Shown here piece by piece: positions 10,118 to 22,016 of a DNA stretch of 64,000 nt. Numbering within the stretch: position 1 is the first letter of the stretch; every line of letters begins with the position of its first letter. Source of the stretch: Candidatus Eiseniibacteriota bacterium (GTDB taxonomy: Bacteria; Eisenbacteria; RBG-16-71-46); NCBI GenBank assembly GCA_963725865.1, contig CAVSAC010000010.1:672001-736000 (forward strand), given 5' to 3'. The notes beneath the pieces are model-generated. The model ran no database searches. It saw only the letters and a list, made by a program, of their open reading frames with translations, and had not been told where the DNA came from. Position numbers and translations under genes: made by a program.

Positions 10118-11569
10118 CTAGCGTGCGCGTCCTGCCCTGACGAGCTTCAGCGATTCGCCGGTGCGCACCGTCTCGTCCAGCTGGAGGTTGTTGAGCACCG
10201 CGGTCTCCTCGGCGCCGAGCGCCTGGGCGCCGAGCTTTGGCAGCGTCTCGGAGAGCGTGCCGTTCGCGGTGGCGGCGACCACGCGGACGCGGTCGGGCGT
10301 CACGTTCAGGCGCGCCGGATCGGTCACCGGGCGCAGCGAGCGCGCGGCGCGGGCGATCGCGTCGTCCTCGGCGGTGGTCTTGCCCAGTCCGACGATCTGC
10401 AGCATGCGATCGGGACTCTGGCGCACGAACGCCGCGAACATCGACTGCACGCCGCCCTGCCCGTCCGGCACCGCCAGGTGCCCGACCCACGCGGGCCACC
10501 CGCCGATCGACTCGTTGCGCCCCGCCGCCTCGCTCACGGCGCCCTTCTGCCGGAGCGCGGCCACGAACCCCTCGGGTGAGAGCGTGCCGGCCTGCGCCAG
10601 CGTCATCTGCATCTGGCCGGCCTGGTTGGGCGCCGCCGCCACCACCGCGCTCTTCTGGTCCTGCGTCTGCCAGCCGCTCGGGAACGTGATCTCGAGCCGC
10701 ATCTCGGGCTGGGTGTAGCGCGCGCCGTCGAAGTAGCCCTGCCGTGGATCGGCGCCGAACACCACGCCGTCGAGCCGCCGCACGTAGTCGCGCTGGCGCA
10801 CGATCAGGCCGGTGTGACCCGCGGCCGCGGTCGCCGCCAGCGCCGAGGTGCGCTGCTCACGATCGCCCGGATCGGGGTGGGTCGAGAGGAACGCCGGCAG
10901 CCGCTGTCCGCTGCTCTCGCTGATGCGCTTCAGCATGGCGTAGGTCGAGGGGATCTGGCGCGGGTCCCAGCCCGCCTTGGTCGAGTAGCCGACGCCGAGC
11001 TCGTCCGCCTGGGTCTCGTCGTCGCGGCTGTACTTGAGCATCAGCAGCCCGAGCGCCTGCTGCGCCTCGCTGTTGTACTGGCGCACGGTCGACGAGAACG
11101 CCGAGCCCACCGCGAGCCCGAGCCCGAGGACCTGCTGCTGGGTCATCTGCTTGGCACCGTGTCGCGCGGTGACATGGCCGATCTCGTGGCCCAGCACGCC
11201 GGCCAGCTGCGCCTCGGAGTTCAAGTACGAGAGGATGCCGCGCGTGATGTAGATGTAGCCGCCGGGCATCGCGAACGCGTTCACCACCGGGTCGTCGAGC
11301 ACCGTGAACGTCCACGCGAGGTCCGGCCGGTGCGAGACCTTCGCCAGCGACTGCCCCACGCTGTCGACATAGGCCTGGACCGCCGCGTCGTCGTAGCGGC
11401 CGTACTCGGCGACCACCGCCGGATACCCCTCCTTGCCGATCGCCAGCTCCTGGTCCGCGCTCACCAGCGACAGCTCGCGGCGGCCGGTGACCGGGTTGGT
11501 GGCGCACGACGCGACGAGTGCCGCCGCCAGTGCGGCCGCGGCGGCGAGCAGGACGAGGCGCTGAGACAT
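10118..11569 (-). CDS. M48 family metallopeptidase lipoprotein (BepA-like)
   Basis: Lipobox [17 protein letters not shown] zinc motif, FLSTHP. Confidence 0.92.
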   Translation of the reverse strand: MSQRLVLLAAAAALAAALVASCATNPVTGRRELSLVSADQELAIGKEGYPAVVAEYGRYDDAAVQAYVDSVGQSLAKVSHRPDLAWTFTVLDDPVVNAFAMPGGYIYITRGILSYLNSEAQLAGVLGHEIGHVTARHGAKQMTQQQVLGLGLAVGSAFSSTVRQYNSEAQQALGLLMLKYSRDDETQADELGVGYSTKAGWDPRQIPSTYAMLKRISESSGQRLPAFLSTHPDPGDREQRTSALAATAAAGHTGLIVRQRDYVRRLDGVVFGADPRQGYFDGARYTQPEMRLEITFPSGWQTQDQKSAVVAAAPNQAGQMQMTLAQAGTLSPEGFVAALRQKGAVSEAAGRNESIGGWPAWVGHLAVPDGQGGVQSMFAAFVRQSPDRMLQIVGLGKTTAEDDAIARAARSLRPVTDPARLNVTPDRVRVVAATANGTLSETLPKLGAQALGAEETAVLNNLQLDETVRTGESLKLVRAGRAR

Positions 11570-11581
11570 GGTGAGCCCTCC

Positions 11582-12793
11582 TCAGTAACGCGGCAGCGCC
11601 GGATCGACGTCACGCGACCACGCGTCGATGCCGCCCCGCAGGTTCTGGAGCCGGGTGAAGCCCGACCGCTTCAGGAGCTCGAGCGCGTGGAGGCTGCGCG
11701 CGCCGTGGTGGCAGTAGAGCACCACGGTCCGCTCGCGATCGAGGTCCTGTATTCGCGCCGGCAGCGTGCGCAGGGGCACGAGCGTGGCACCGGGCAGGCG
11801 CGCGATCTGCCATTCGTGCGGCTCGCGCACGTCCACCAGCATCACGTCCTCGCCTCGCTGCAGGCGCTCGGCCAGTTCGCGTGGCGAGACGTCGCGCGGC
11901 GGTCCGTCGGATGGTCTCCGTCCGCCGAACATGTCCTCCTCGGTCGCGGTCGCCGCCGGCTCGGGCGCGACGCCGCAGAACTGGTCGTAGTCGATCAGCG
12001 CCTGGATCGTAGGCCGTTCGCCGCACATCGGGCAATCCGGGTCCTTGCGCAGCGTGAGCTCGCGGAAGCGCATCGCCAGCGCATCGAACACCAGCAGCCG
12101 TCCGATCAGCGGCTCGCCCACGCCGAGCAGCAGCTTGAGCGTCTCCACCGCCTGCACCATGCCGATCACGCCCGGCAGCACGCCGAGCACCCCGCCCTCG
12201 GCGCACGAAGGCACCAGCCCGGGAGGCGGCGGGTCCGGATAGAGGCAGCGATAACACGGACCGCGGCGCGCGTCGAACACGCTCGCCTGGCCCTCGAAGC
12301 GGAACACGCTGCCGTGCACGTTGGGGATGCCGAGCATCACGCACGCGTCGTTCACCAGGTAGCGCGTCGCGAAGTTGTCGGCGCCGTCGGCGACCACGTC
12401 GTAGCCGCGCATCACCTCGAGCGCGTTGTCGCGGGCCAGCCGCGCGCGATGCGGCTCGACCTTCACGTGGGGATTCAGCTCGGCGATGCGCAGGCTCGCG
12501 GACTCGACCTTGGCGCGCCCGAGGTCGTCGGTGCCGTGCAGCACCTGGCGCTGCAGGTTCGAGGCGTCGACGACGTCGAAGTCGACGATCCCGAGGCGCC
12601 CGACCCCGGCCGCGGCGAGGTACAGCGCGAGCGGCGAGCCGAGCCCGCCCGCACCGACCAGCAGCACGCTCGCCGCCTTGAGGCGACGCTGCCCCTCCTC
12701 ACCCACCTCGGGCAGCACCAGGTGCCGCCCGTAGCGCAGGTACTCGGCGGGCGAGAGCGGCGGCAGGTCGGATGTCGGACGCGGGTGATCCAT
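11582..12793 (-). CDS. moeB: Molybdopterin-synthase adenylyltransferase MoeB/MoeZ (ThiF plus rhodanese)
   Basis: [24 protein letters not shown] and CPMC zinc motifs, C-terminal rhodanese YCHHGARS. Confidence 0.92.
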   Translation of the reverse strand: MDHPRPTSDLPPLSPAEYLRYGRHLVLPEVGEEGQRRLKAASVLLVGAGGLGSPLALYLAAAGVGRLGIVDFDVVDASNLQRQVLHGTDDLGRAKVESASLRIAELNPHVKVEPHRARLARDNALEVMRGYDVVADGADNFATRYLVNDACVMLGIPNVHGSVFRFEGQASVFDARRGPCYRCLYPDPPPPGLVPSCAEGGVLGVLPGVIGMVQAVETLKLLLGVGEPLIGRLLVFDALAMRFRELTLRKDPDCPMCGERPTIQALIDYDQFCGVAPEPAATATEEDMFGGRRPSDGPPRDVSPRELAERLQRGEDVMLVDVREPHEWQIARLPGATLVPLRTLPARIQDLDRERTVVLYCHHGARSLHALELLKRSGFTRLQNLRGGIDAWSRDVDPALPRY

Positions 12794-12899
12794 CGGGCGG
12801 ATCCGGGTCGAAGGCGAGCGGTGCTTTCCTTGGATGCGCGGGGAGCCGGGGCGATGGGACGCTGGCGCACCGCGCGCGCGGCCGCTACGATGCCCCGTC

Positions 12900-13877
12900 A
12901 TGATCCTCGCTGCGGACGTCGGCGGAACCAAGGTCCAGTTCGCACTCTACGCCGAAGGTGCGTCGCCGCGGAAGCCCGCGCGCGAGGGACGCTTCGCGAG
13001 CCGCGAGTACGCGACGTTCGAGGACTGCGTGCGCGCCTTCCTCGGCCAGCCGGCGCCCGCCATCGCGCGCGCCGCCATCGGCGTCGCGGGTCCGGTCGTG
13101 GGCGACCGCTGCGAGGCCACCAACCTGCCGTGGGTGGTCGACGGGACCGCGCTCGCGCGCTCGCTGGGAGCCCGCCGGGTGCGCCTGCTGAACGACCTCG
13201 AGGCGACCGCGTGGGGGATCGCGACCCTGGGCGCCGAGGACCTCGAGACGCTGCAGCCCGGCGAGGAGCGCTCCGGCAACCGCGCGCTGATCGCGGCCGG
13301 CACCGGGCTCGGGGAAGGCCTGCTGGTGCATCGCGACGGCCGCTGGATCCCCTCGCCGTCGGAGGGCGGCCATTGCGACCTGGCGCCGCGGGATCCGCTC
13401 GAGGACGAGTTGCTGGTGTGGCTGCGCGGGCGCCACGGCCGCGTGTCGTACGAGCGCGTGCTCTCGGGGCCGGGCCTGGCGAGCCTCTACCGCTTCCTGC
13501 GCGCGAGCGCGCGCGGCGACGAGCCGCCCGCGGTCGCGCAGCGCTTCGACGCGGCCGCGGATCCCGCGGCGTTCGTCACCGCGTGCGCGCTCGACGGCTC
13601 GTGCGAGCGGGCCCGGCTGGCGCTCGAGCGCTTCGTCGAGCTGTACGGAGCCGAGGCCGGCAACCTGGCGCTCAAGATGCTCGCGATCGGCGGGCTGTAC
13701 GTGGCCGGCGGCATCGCCCCGCGCATCCTGCCGTTCCTGCGCGACGGACGATTCGTGCGCGCGTTCGGGGCCAAGGGACGGCTCTCGCCGCTCCTCGCCG
13801 GAATCCCGGTGCACGTGGTGCTCGACGCACAGGCCCCGTTGTGGGGCGCGGCGCACGTCGCGCTGGAGGACGCATGA
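12900..13877 (+). CDS. glk: Glucokinase
   Basis: [34 protein letters not shown] motifs. Confidence 0.93.
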   Translation: MILAADVGGTKVQFALYAEGASPRKPAREGRFASREYATFEDCVRAFLGQPAPAIARAAIGVAGPVVGDRCEATNLPWVVDGTALARSLGARRVRLLNDLEATAWGIATLGAEDLETLQPGEERSGNRALIAAGTGLGEGLLVHRDGRWIPSPSEGGHCDLAPRDPLEDELLVWLRGRHGRVSYERVLSGPGLASLYRFLRASARGDEPPAVAQRFDAAADPAAFVTACALDGSCERARLALERFVELYGAEAGNLALKMLAIGGLYVAGGIAPRILPFLRDGRFVRAFGAKGRLSPLLAGIPVHVVLDAQAPLWGAAHVALEDA

Positions 13878-15874
13878 CCCCCGTGGACCCGCTCGTGGAG
13901 CAGCAGGCCGTCGAGTGCATCCGCTTCCTCGCCGCCGACGCGGTCGAGCAGGCCCGGAGCGGGCACCCCGGCATGCCGATGGGGATGGCGGACGTCGCGT
14001 ACGTGATGTGGATGCGGCACCTGCGTCACGCTCCGCACGATCCCGCCTGGCCGGGGCGCGACCGCTTCGTGCTGTCGGGCGGGCATGGCTCGATGCTGCT
14101 GTACGCGCTGCTCCACCTGACCGGCTACGACCTGCCCCTCGAGGAGCTCAAGCGCTTCCGCCAGTGGGGCAGTCGCACGCCGGGCCATCCCGAGCACGGA
14201 CACACCCCCGGGGTCGAGACCACCACCGGGCCGCTCGGCCAGGGGTTCGGCAATGCGGTCGGCATGGCGCTCGCGGCCCGCATGCTCGCCGCGCGCGTAG
14301 GCGAGCACCCGCTCGCGCCCGCACCCGCGCGCGTGTTCGGCATGTGCGGTGACGGCGACCTCATGGAGGGCGTCAGCTCCGAGGCCGCCTCGCTGGCGGC
14401 GCACTGGGGACTCGGCAACCTCACGATGGTGTACGACGACAACCACATCACGATCGAAGGCGACACCGCGCTCGCCTGGAGCGAGGACGTCGGCGCCCGC
14501 TTCGCCGCCTACGGCTGGCACGTTCAGCGAGTGGACGCCTACGACCGCGCTGCGATCGACGCCGCGATCGGCGCGGCGGTCGCCGAGACCGCGCGCCCGA
14601 GCCTGATCATCGCGCGCAGCCATATCGCCTACGGCGCTCCGACCAAGCAGGACACCGCCGCCGCGCACGGCGAGCCGCTCGGCGCCGAGGAGCTGGCCGG
14701 CGCCAAGCGGGCGCGCGGCTGGCCCGCGAGCCCGTCGTTCCTGATCCCCGACGCGGTGCACGCGCACTTCGCCGCGCGCACCGCCGAGCTCGACCGCGCG
14801 CGCCTGGAATGGGAGCAGCGACTGATGGCGTGGCGGGCAGCGGCACCCGCGGACGCGGCGCGCTACGGCGCCCTGCTGGAGCAGGCGGTGCCCGCCGACC
14901 TGTTCGACCGGCTGGTCGCACAGGCGCCGGCCACCGCCGCCGCCACCCGCGCGCACGGCAACGCGGTGCTGCAGCAGGCCGCGGCCCTGGTGCCGTCGTT
15001 GATCGGCGGCAGCGCCGACCTCGAGCCCTCGACCAAGACGTGGATCAAGGACGCGGCGGCGATCACGCGATCCGGGTACGGCGGCCGCAACCTGCACTTC
15101 GGGGTGCGCGAGCTCGGCATGGGCGCGGTGCTGAACGGCCTCGCGCTGCACGGCGGCTTCATCCCCTACGGCGCGTCGTTCCTGGTGTTCACCGACTACG
15201 CGCGCCCCGCGATCCGCCTGTCGGCCCTGATGGGGGCGCAGGTGGTGTGGGTGTTCACGCACGATAGCGTGTTCCTCGGCGAGGACGGGCCCACCCACCA
15301 GCCGGTCGAGCATCTCGAGGCGCTGCGCGCCATCCCGGGATTGCGCGTGATCCGCCCGGCCGACGGACTCGAGACGGCCGCCGCGTGGGCGCTCGCGCTC
15401 GAGCGGCGCGACGGGCCCACGCTGCTCGCGCTCACGCGCCAGAGCCTGCCAGCGCTCGAGCGCCCCGCGTCGTTCGTGCCCGCGCATCTGCGGCGCGGCG
15501 GCTACGTCGTGCGCGAGGCCGGCGGCGACGCGCTCACCCTGATCGCGACCGGCTCCGAGGTGGCGCTCGCGGTGGAGGCGGCCAGGCGCCTCGCGGCCGC
15601 GGGGCACGCGAGCCGCGTCGTGAGCCTGCCGGCGCCCGAGCTGTTCCTGGCTCAGGAGCGCGCGTGGCGCGACGCGGTGCTGCCGCCCGGCGGCCGCCGC
15701 GTGAGCATCGAAGCGGGATGCACCGGCTACTGGCGCCGCTTCATCGGCGAGGCCGGCCTCGCGATCGGCATCGACCGGTTCGGCGCCTCGGCGCCCGCCG
15801 CCGACCTCGCGCGCCATCTCGGGTTCACCCCCGAGGCGGTCGTCGAACGCGTGCAGGCATGGGCGCGCGCCTGA
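13874..15874 (+). CDS. tkt: Transketolase
   Basis: [46 protein letters not shown] overlap with glk. Confidence 0.96.
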   Translation: MTPVDPLVEQQAVECIRFLAADAVEQARSGHPGMPMGMADVAYVMWMRHLRHAPHDPAWPGRDRFVLSGGHGSMLLYALLHLTGYDLPLEELKRFRQWGSRTPGHPEHGHTPGVETTTGPLGQGFGNAVGMALAARMLAARVGEHPLAPAPARVFGMCGDGDLMEGVSSEAASLAAHWGLGNLTMVYDDNHITIEGDTALAWSEDVGARFAAYGWHVQRVDAYDRAAIDAAIGAAVAETARPSLIIARSHIAYGAPTKQDTAAAHGEPLGAEELAGAKRARGWPASPSFLIPDAVHAHFAARTAELDRARLEWEQRLMAWRAAAPADAARYGALLEQAVPADLFDRLVAQAPATAAATRAHGNAVLQQAAALVPSLIGGSADLEPSTKTWIKDAAAITRSGYGGRNLHFGVRELGMGAVLNGLALHGGFIPYGASFLVFTDYARPAIRLSALMGAQVVWVFTHDSVFLGEDGPTHQPVEHLEALRAIPGLRVIRPADGLETAAAWALALERRDGPTLLALTRQSLPALERPASFVPAHLRRGGYVVREAGGDALTLIATGSEVALAVEAARRLAAAGHASRVVSLPAPELFLAQERAWRDAVLPPGGRRVSIEAGCTGYWRRFIGEAGLAIGIDRFGASAPAADLARHLGFTPEAVVERVQAWARA

Positions 15875-16464
15875 GATCCGCGCTCCTCACGCTCGCGGCG
15901 CTGGGAGTGCTCGCGCTGGGCGCGTGCGGCCGCGGTGGACCGCCCGCCGCAGCGCGGCGAGCACCCGCGAGCGGCACGCCGGTGGAGCGCGCCCCCGCCC
16001 CGGCACCCGCCGCCGCGGCGCCCGGCGGCGGACCGCGCGTGACGCCGGTCACCGCCCGGGACGTGGTGGCGCTCGCCCGGGCGCCCGGCGCGAAGGTGAC
16101 GCTCGTGAACATCTGGGCCTCGTGGTGCGCGCCGTGCCGCGCCGAGATGCCCGCGCTGCTCGCGATCCGGCGGGCGCATCGGGCGGACGGCCTGCGGGTC
16201 GCGCTCGTGTCGGCCGACTTCGACAGTGGCACCGCGCAGTCCTACCTGACCCGCCTGGGCGTGGACTTCCCCACGTTCCTGAAGACCGGCGACGACATGG
16301 CGTTCATCGACGCGCTCGAGCCGCGCTGGACGGGGGCGCTGCCGGCGACGTTCGTGTACGATGCGCACGGCTCACTGGTGAGGTTCTGGGAAGGGGCCGC
16401 CGACTCGCAGCGATTCGCATCCGCCGTGGCCGCGGCCCTCGCGCGCGAGGCCGCACCGCGCTGA
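15859..16464 (+). CDS. TlpA-family thioredoxin-like lipoprotein
   Basis: Lipobox [23 protein letters not shown]. Confidence 0.85.
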   Translation: MGARLRSALLTLAALGVLALGACGRGGPPAAARRAPASGTPVERAPAPAPAAAAPGGGPRVTPVTARDVVALARAPGAKVTLVNIWASWCAPCRAEMPALLAIRRAHRADGLRVALVSADFDSGTAQSYLTRLGVDFPTFLKTGDDMAFIDALEPRWTGALPATFVYDAHGSLVRFWEGAADSQRFASAVAAALAREAAPR

Positions 16465-16483
16465 TCCCGCAGGAGGCTCCACC

Positions 16484-17098
16484 ATGCGTACTCTCGTCCT
16501 CTCCGGCCTGCTCGGCGCCGCGCTGGCCCTCTCGTGTTCCACCGTCCGCGCCGACGGCCTCGCGCTCGGCGACGCCGCTCCGATGGCGGCCGAGAAGCTC
16601 CGCGCCGTGAGCGGCAAGGACGTCACGCTCGCGGGTGTGCGGAGCGACAAGGGGCTGCTGGTCGTGTTCACGTGCAACCACTGCCCCTACGCGCAGGCCT
16701 GGGAGCGCCGCATCGCCGCGCTCGGCAACGACGCGACGCGCCGCGGGCTCGGAGTCATCGCGGTGAACCCGAACGACCCGAGCGCCTATCCCGAGGACGC
16801 GTTCGATCCGATGGTGAAGCGCGCGCAGTCCCTGGGACTGCAATTCCCGTACGCGGTGGACGCGACCAGTCGCGTGGCGCGCGCATTCGGCGCGACGCGC
16901 ACGCCCGAGGCGTATCTGTTCGACGCCTCCGGCGCGCTGGTCTACCACGGCACCATCGACGACAACGCCCGTGACCCGGGCGCGGTGAAGCAGCGCTATC
17001 TCGCGGACGCGGTCGCGGCGCTGCTCGCGGGCAAGCCGATCCCGCTCGCCCAGACCAAGTCGCTCGGCTGCAGCATCAAGTTCCGCGCCGGCGTCTGA
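16484..17098 (+). CDS. Exported thioredoxin/redoxin-family protein
   Basis: Signal peptide; FTCNHCPY, GATRTPE, GCSIK motifs. Confidence 0.88.
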   Translation: MRTLVLSGLLGAALALSCSTVRADGLALGDAAPMAAEKLRAVSGKDVTLAGVRSDKGLLVVFTCNHCPYAQAWERRIAALGNDATRRGLGVIAVNPNDPSAYPEDAFDPMVKRAQSLGLQFPYAVDATSRVARAFGATRTPEAYLFDASGALVYHGTIDDNARDPGAVKQRYLADAVAALLAGKPIPLAQTKSLGCSIKFRAGV

Positions 17099-17228
17099 CC
17101 GCACGGGCGGCCGCCGCGTTGACGCCGGCGGACCGGCGGGAGCATCTTCGGCGCCACCACGACATCGCAACCCGCAAGCGGGCTCCGCGGCAATCCCCCG
17201 GCCCATCCCGCGTCCACGGAGACCTCCC

Positions 17229-20096
17229 ATGAGCAGCCGTGCCGAACGAGCGCTCGCCCTCGGCCAGAGCATCTGGCTCGACTTCATCCGCCGCGGCCAC
17301 CTGACGTCGGGCGAGTTCGACCGTCAGGTCCGCGAAGCGGGCGTGGTCGGAGTGACCTCGAATCCGACCATCTTCCAGCAGGCCATCACCGACAGCCACG
17401 ACTACGACGACGCCATGCGGCGTCACGTGGCGCGCGGGCTCGCCGGCGGGGCGCTGTTCGACGCGCTCGCCATCGAGGACATCCAGGACGCCTGCGACCG
17501 GCTGCGCGCGGTGTACGACCGCTCGAATGGCCTGGACGGCCGCGTCAGCATCGAGGTGAGCCCGACGCTCGCGAACGACACCGCCGCCACGATCGACGAG
17601 GCGCGCCGGCTGCACCGCGAGGTGGCGCGGCCCAACGTCCTGGTCAAGGTGCCGGCCACCGCGGCCAGCCTGCCCGCCATCGCGCAACTGATCGCGGAAG
17701 GGATCAGCATCAACGTCACGCTCATCTTCTCCCTCGCGCGCTACGCCGAGGTGATGGAGGCCTACCAGGCGGGACTCGAGCGCCGCGTGGCCGCGGGCCA
17801 GCCGCTCGACGGCATCCGCTCGGTGGCGTCGTTCTTCGTCTCGCGAGTGGACTCCAAGGTGGACAAGGCGATCGAGCAGCGCATCGCGGCGCTGCCCGAG
17901 GGGGCGCCCGAGCGGTCCGAGTTGCGCGGCCTGCTCGGCAAGGCCGCGGTCGCCAACGCGCGGCTCGCGTACGCGCGCTTCCAGGCGGTGGTCGCCGCGC
18001 CACGCTGGCGCGCGCTGGCGGCCCGCGGCGCCCACGTGCAGCGCCCGCTGTGGGCCTCGACGAGCACCAAGAATCCGGCCTATCCCGACACCCTGTACGT
18101 GGACGAGCTGATCGGGCCGGACACCGTGAACACCATGCCGCTGGCGACGCTCGCGGCGTTCAACGACCACGGCACCGTCGAGGTGCGCATCGACCGCGAC
18201 CTGCCCGGCGCGGAGCGCCTGTTCGAGCGCCTCCCCGAGCTGGGCGTGCCGCTCGGCGCGCTCATCGACGCGCTCGAGGGCGAGGGCGTGAAGGCGTTCG
18301 CGACCTCCTTCGAGACCCTGCTCGCGGCGCTCGAGGACAAGCGCGCCGCGCTGGCGGAGCCGCAGCGCCCTTTCGCGGTGCGCGGCCCGGCGCGTGATCC
18401 GGACGGGCGCATCGCGACGCGCTGCGCCACGCTCGACCGCGAGCGCTTCGCGGAGCGGCTGTGGCGGCGCGACGACGCGCTCTGGAGCGCCGACCCCGCG
18501 CATCGCAAGGTGGCCGCGAACCGGCTCGGCTGGCTGGCATCGCCGGCCTGGATGAAGGGCGAGATCGCCGGGCTGGAGTCCTTCGCCTCGGAGTTGGCCG
18601 GCGAGGGCTACACCCACTGCGTGCTGCTCGGCATGGGCGGCTCGAGCCTCGCGCCGGAGACCTTCCGCCGGGTGTTCGGTGCGCGACGGGGGCGGCTCGA
18701 CCTCGCCGTGCTCGACGACACTTCGCCGGCGGCGGTGCGCGCGATCGCGGAGGCGCACGATCCGCTGCGCACGTTCTTCCTGGTGTCCTCCAAGTCGGGC
18801 GGCACCCTCGAGGTCAGCTCGTTCGAGGCGTACTTTTTCGAATGGGTGCACAAGGTGCGCAGCGACATGGCCGGGCGTTCGTTCGCGGCGATCACCGACC
18901 CGGGCACTGCGCTCGCGACGCTCGCGCAGCAGCGCGGCTACCGGCGCGTGTTCGTGAACCCGCCCGACATCGGCGGTCGCTACTCCGCGCTGTCGTACTT
19001 CGGACTGGTCCCCGCCGCGCTGATCGGCGCGCCGCTGGAGCGGATCGCGGCGCAGGCCAACGACGAGGTCCGGGCCTGCGGCGGCAATGTGCCGGCCGCG
19101 GCCAATCCCGGCGTCGCGCTGGGGGCGGCGCTCGGCGAGCTGGCGCGCGCGGGGCGCGACAAGCTCACGCTGGTGCTGGGCGCCGAGCTGGCGCCGCTCG
19201 GCGCGTGGATCGAGCAGCTGGTGGCCGAGAGCACCGGCAAGGACGGCGTCGGCATCGTACCGGTCGAGGACGAGCCGCTGGGCGCGCCGTCGCTCTATCA
19301 CGACGACCGCGTGTTCGTGGCGGTGTCCGCGAAGCCGTTCGAGGCCGCGACCACGGCGGCGCTCGCCGCGCTCGAGGCCGCCGGTCACCCGGTGTTGCGC
19401 TGGGAGCGCGACGCGCTGGCCGCGGTCGGCGCCGAATGCGTGCGCTGGGAGGTGGCGACCGCCACCGCGGGCGCGGTGCTGGGCGTGGATCCGTTCGACG
19501 AACCCAACGTCACCGAGGCCAAGCAGGCGACCCAGGCGGTGCTGGATGCGTACCTGCGGGACGGCTCCTTCCCCGCCGGGGCGCCGCTGGCGAAAGCCGA
19601 CGGCATCGTGGTCGACGCTCCGGCGGCGACCGCGGAGCGGCTGCGGCTCCGCGCCGGGACCACGCCGGCGTCATGGGTCGCCGCGCTGCCCTCGATCGCC
19701 GAGGCGGGCGACTACCTCGCGCTGCTGGCCTACCTGCACCGCACGCCGGCGCGCCGCGAGCGCCTGCACCGGCTGCGGGTGGCGTTGCGCGACGCCAGCC
19801 GGCGCGCGACCACGCTGGGGTTCGGCCCGCGCTTCCTGCACTCCACCGGCCAGCTCCACAAGGGCGGCGCGAACCATGGCGTGTTCCTGCTGCTCACGGC
19901 CGACGAGGGCGAACTGCCGATCCCGGGCCAGCGGTACGGGTTCGGCACGCTGCGCCGCGCGCAGGCCGAGGGCGACTACGAGGTGCTGGGACGCCGCGGA
20001 CGCCGGGTGCTGCGCGTCCACCTCGGCACCGACGTGGAACGCGGGCTCGACCAGTTGATCGCCGCGGTCGGGGCGGCGTCCACCGCCCGAGCCTGA
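17229..20096 (+). CDS. tal-pgi: Bifunctional transaldolase / phosphoglucose isomerase
   Basis: GQSIWLD, GVTSNPTIF, VLVKVPAT, ASFFVSRVD; then GMGGSSL, SSKSGGTLE, IGGRYSALS, HSTGQLHKGG. Confidence 0.94.
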   Translation: MSSRAERALALGQSIWLDFIRRGHLTSGEFDRQVREAGVVGVTSNPTIFQQAITDSHDYDDAMRRHVARGLAGGALFDALAIEDIQDACDRLRAVYDRSNGLDGRVSIEVSPTLANDTAATIDEARRLHREVARPNVLVKVPATAASLPAIAQLIAEGISINVTLIFSLARYAEVMEAYQAGLERRVAAGQPLDGIRSVASFFVSRVDSKVDKAIEQRIAALPEGAPERSELRGLLGKAAVANARLAYARFQAVVAAPRWRALAARGAHVQRPLWASTSTKNPAYPDTLYVDELIGPDTVNTMPLATLAAFNDHGTVEVRIDRDLPGAERLFERLPELGVPLGALIDALEGEGVKAFATSFETLLAALEDKRAALAEPQRPFAVRGPARDPDGRIATRCATLDRERFAERLWRRDDALWSADPAHRKVAANRLGWLASPAWMKGEIAGLESFASELAGEGYTHCVLLGMGGSSLAPETFRRVFGARRGRLDLAVLDDTSPAAVRAIAEAHDPLRTFFLVSSKSGGTLEVSSFEAYFFEWVHKVRSDMAGRSFAAITDPGTALATLAQQRGYRRVFVNPPDIGGRYSALSYFGLVPAALIGAPLERIAAQANDEVRACGGNVPAAANPGVALGAALGELARAGRDKLTLVLGAELAPLGAWIEQLVAESTGKDGVGIVPVEDEPLGAPSLYHDDRVFVAVSAKPFEAATTAALAALEAAGHPVLRWERDALAAVGAECVRWEVATATAGAVLGVDPFDEPNVTEAKQATQAVLDAYLRDGSFPAGAPLAKADGIVVDAPAATAERLRLRAGTTPASWVAALPSIAEAGDYLALLAYLHRTPARRERLHRLRVALRDASRRATTLGFGPRFLHSTGQLHKGGANHGVFLLLTADEGELPIPGQRYGFGTLRRAQAEGDYEVLGRRGRRVLRVHLGTDVERGLDQLIAAVGAASTARA

Positions 20097-20115
20097 GCGC
20101 GGATCCCATCGCGCG

Positions 20116-20145
20116 GGCGGGCGCCGGTCTCCACCGGCGCCCGCC
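20116..20145. terminator. Hairpin between convergent genes
   Basis: 13-bp perfect stem GGCGGGCGCCGGT-CTCC-ACCGGCGCCCGCC. Confidence 0.6.
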
Positions 20146-20163
20146 TGCTGCGTTTCGCCCGGC

Positions 20164-20799
20164 TCAGCCCTCGCGCGGTCTGGAACCGCGGGCGGCCTCC
20201 TCGGCGAGCAGGCGCGCGCTGCACTCGTCGCACAGGCCGTGGGTGAGGGTGGCCTCGCTCCGCTGGCCGATGTACTCCTCGAGCGGCGACCAGCGCTGCT
20301 GGTCATCCCGGATGCGCTTGCATCGAACGCAGATCGGCAGCAGGCCCTCGAGCCGGGCCGAGTGGCGGCGCTCGTGCTCGAGCTCCTGCGCGCTCTGCGC
20401 GAGCGCGGACTCGAGCGTGAGGATGCGCTCGGCCACGCGCAGGCGGGAACGCAGCTCCTCCGCGTGGAAGGGTTTCATGATGTAGTCGTCCGCGCCAGCG
20501 TCGAGTGCGCTCACGACGTCCTCAGTGCTGGTACGCGCGGTGAGGATGAGCAGGTAGACGTCGCGCGAGCTGGCTCGGGCGCGCACCCGACGGCAGACCT
20601 CGAGGCCATCGAGACGGGGCATCTGCCAGTCGAGCACCGCGATCCGCGGCGGATCGGGCGCTCCCAACACCGCCCACGCCTCGTCGCCATCCACGACCGA
20701 TTGCACCGCCCAACCGCCGATCTCGATCGCGCGCTGGATGACCTTGCGGATCACGGGGTCGTCGTCCGCCACCAGGATCCGCTTCACACTCATGCTCAT
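20164..20799 (-). CDS. Response regulator (REC plus C-terminal Cys/His motif)
   Basis: ILVADDD, LDWQMPRLDG, GADDYIMKPF; GAGGAG RBS 8 nt before ATG 20799. Confidence 0.88.
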   Translation of the reverse strand: MSMSVKRILVADDDPVIRKVIQRAIEIGGWAVQSVVDGDEAWAVLGAPDPPRIAVLDWQMPRLDGLEVCRRVRARASSRDVYLLILTARTSTEDVVSALDAGADDYIMKPFHAEELRSRLRVAERILTLESALAQSAQELEHERRHSARLEGLLPICVRCKRIRDDQQRWSPLEEYIGQRSEATLTHGLCDECSARLLAEEAARGSRPREG

Positions 20800-20926
20800 C
20801 GTCGGCACTCCTCGCCGGTCCCGCTTCTGCGGTCCGGGCGTTGGGCGGCCGCGCGAGGCGGCGTCGGATCGTCCGGCTTCGATGCTGCGGCCCCGGGTGT
20901 GCCCGGCGCCCCGTTCAAGCTACCAC

Positions 20927-21955
20927 TCACCGCCCGCTCGACGGCCGCGACGCGTCGGCGAACCAGCCGGCGACGCGCGCCAGGTCCGCGTTGCCGCCGG
21001 AGAGGATCACGCCCACCCGCCGCCCGCGCACCTCGACGCGCCCGCTCAGCGCGGCGGCGAGCCCCAGCACCCCGGTCGGCTCCACCACCAGCTTCATGCG
21101 CTCCCAGACGAAGCGCATCGCACGCACCAGCTCGCGGTCCGGGACCGTGACCACGTCGCGCACGTGACGCCGGATGACGCTGAGCGTGAGCGGACTCAGG
21201 GACGGCGTGCGCGCGCCGTCGGCGATCGTGTCGGGATGCTCCACCCGCTCGAGCCGTCCGCTGCGGAACGAGCGCGCGCCGTCGTCGCCCGCCTCGGGCT
21301 CCACGCCGATGACCGCGCACGCCGGACAGGCGCGGCGCGCCGCCAGCGCGGAGCCCGACAGCAGGCCGCCGCCGCCCAGCGGCACCAGCAGCAGGTCGAG
21401 CGGGCCGGCGTCCTCGAACAGCTCGGCCGCCGCGGTGCCCGCCCCCGCCACGATGTCGGGATGGTCGAACGGCGGCACCAGCGTCAGCCCGCGCTCCTGC
21501 GCGAGCCGGTGCGCGAGCGCCTCGCGCGGCTCGCCCAGCAGGTCGTAGTGGACGATCTCGGCCCCGTAGTCGCGGGTCGCCTCCAGCTTGGCGGCCGGTG
21601 CCGTCGACGGCATGACGATCACCGCGTGGATGCCCTGCAGCCGCGCCACCAACGCCACCGCCTGCGCGTGATTGCCGGAGGAGTACGCGATCACCCCGCG
21701 CCGGCGCACCTCCGCGGGCAGCTGCGCGATGACGTTCCAGGCGCCGCGGAACTTGAACGCGCCCATGCGCTGGAGGTTCTCGCACTTGAGCGACACGGTG
21801 GCGCCCAGCCGCTCGTCGAGCGTGCGCGAGCGCGCCACGGGCGTGCGGTGAGCGACGCCCGCGAGCCGGGCGCGCGCCTCGTCGAGGCGCTGCAGCAGCG
21901 CATCGTCGGGGTACGCCGCCGTGGCGGCGGCGACCGGATCCGGCGCCGCGCTCAT
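20927..21955 (-). CDS. PLP-dependent threonine/serine dehydratase family (hydroxyaspartate ammonia-lyase-like)
   Basis: KCENLQRMGAFKFRG, SSGNHAQ, GGGGLLSG, SGGN. Confidence 0.9.
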   Translation of the reverse strand: MSAAPDPVAAATAAYPDDALLQRLDEARARLAGVAHRTPVARSRTLDERLGATVSLKCENLQRMGAFKFRGAWNVIAQLPAEVRRRGVIAYSSGNHAQAVALVARLQGIHAVIVMPSTAPAAKLEATRDYGAEIVHYDLLGEPREALAHRLAQERGLTLVPPFDHPDIVAGAGTAAAELFEDAGPLDLLLVPLGGGGLLSGSALAARRACPACAVIGVEPEAGDDGARSFRSGRLERVEHPDTIADGARTPSLSPLTLSVIRRHVRDVVTVPDRELVRAMRFVWERMKLVVEPTGVLGLAAALSGRVEVRGRRVGVILSGGNADLARVAGWFADASRPSSGR

Positions 21956-22016
21956 CGGGCGGAGCCCCGGCGGGCGCGGCGGCCGGAGCGGCCGCCGCCC
22001 GCCGCGAGCGCGTCGC

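Noticed and set aside
10814..13873. Apparent 1000-aa N-terminal extension of transketolase
   Set aside because: Stop-free frame over the M48, moeB and glk genes; the real start is ATG 13874 with a GGAGG RBS
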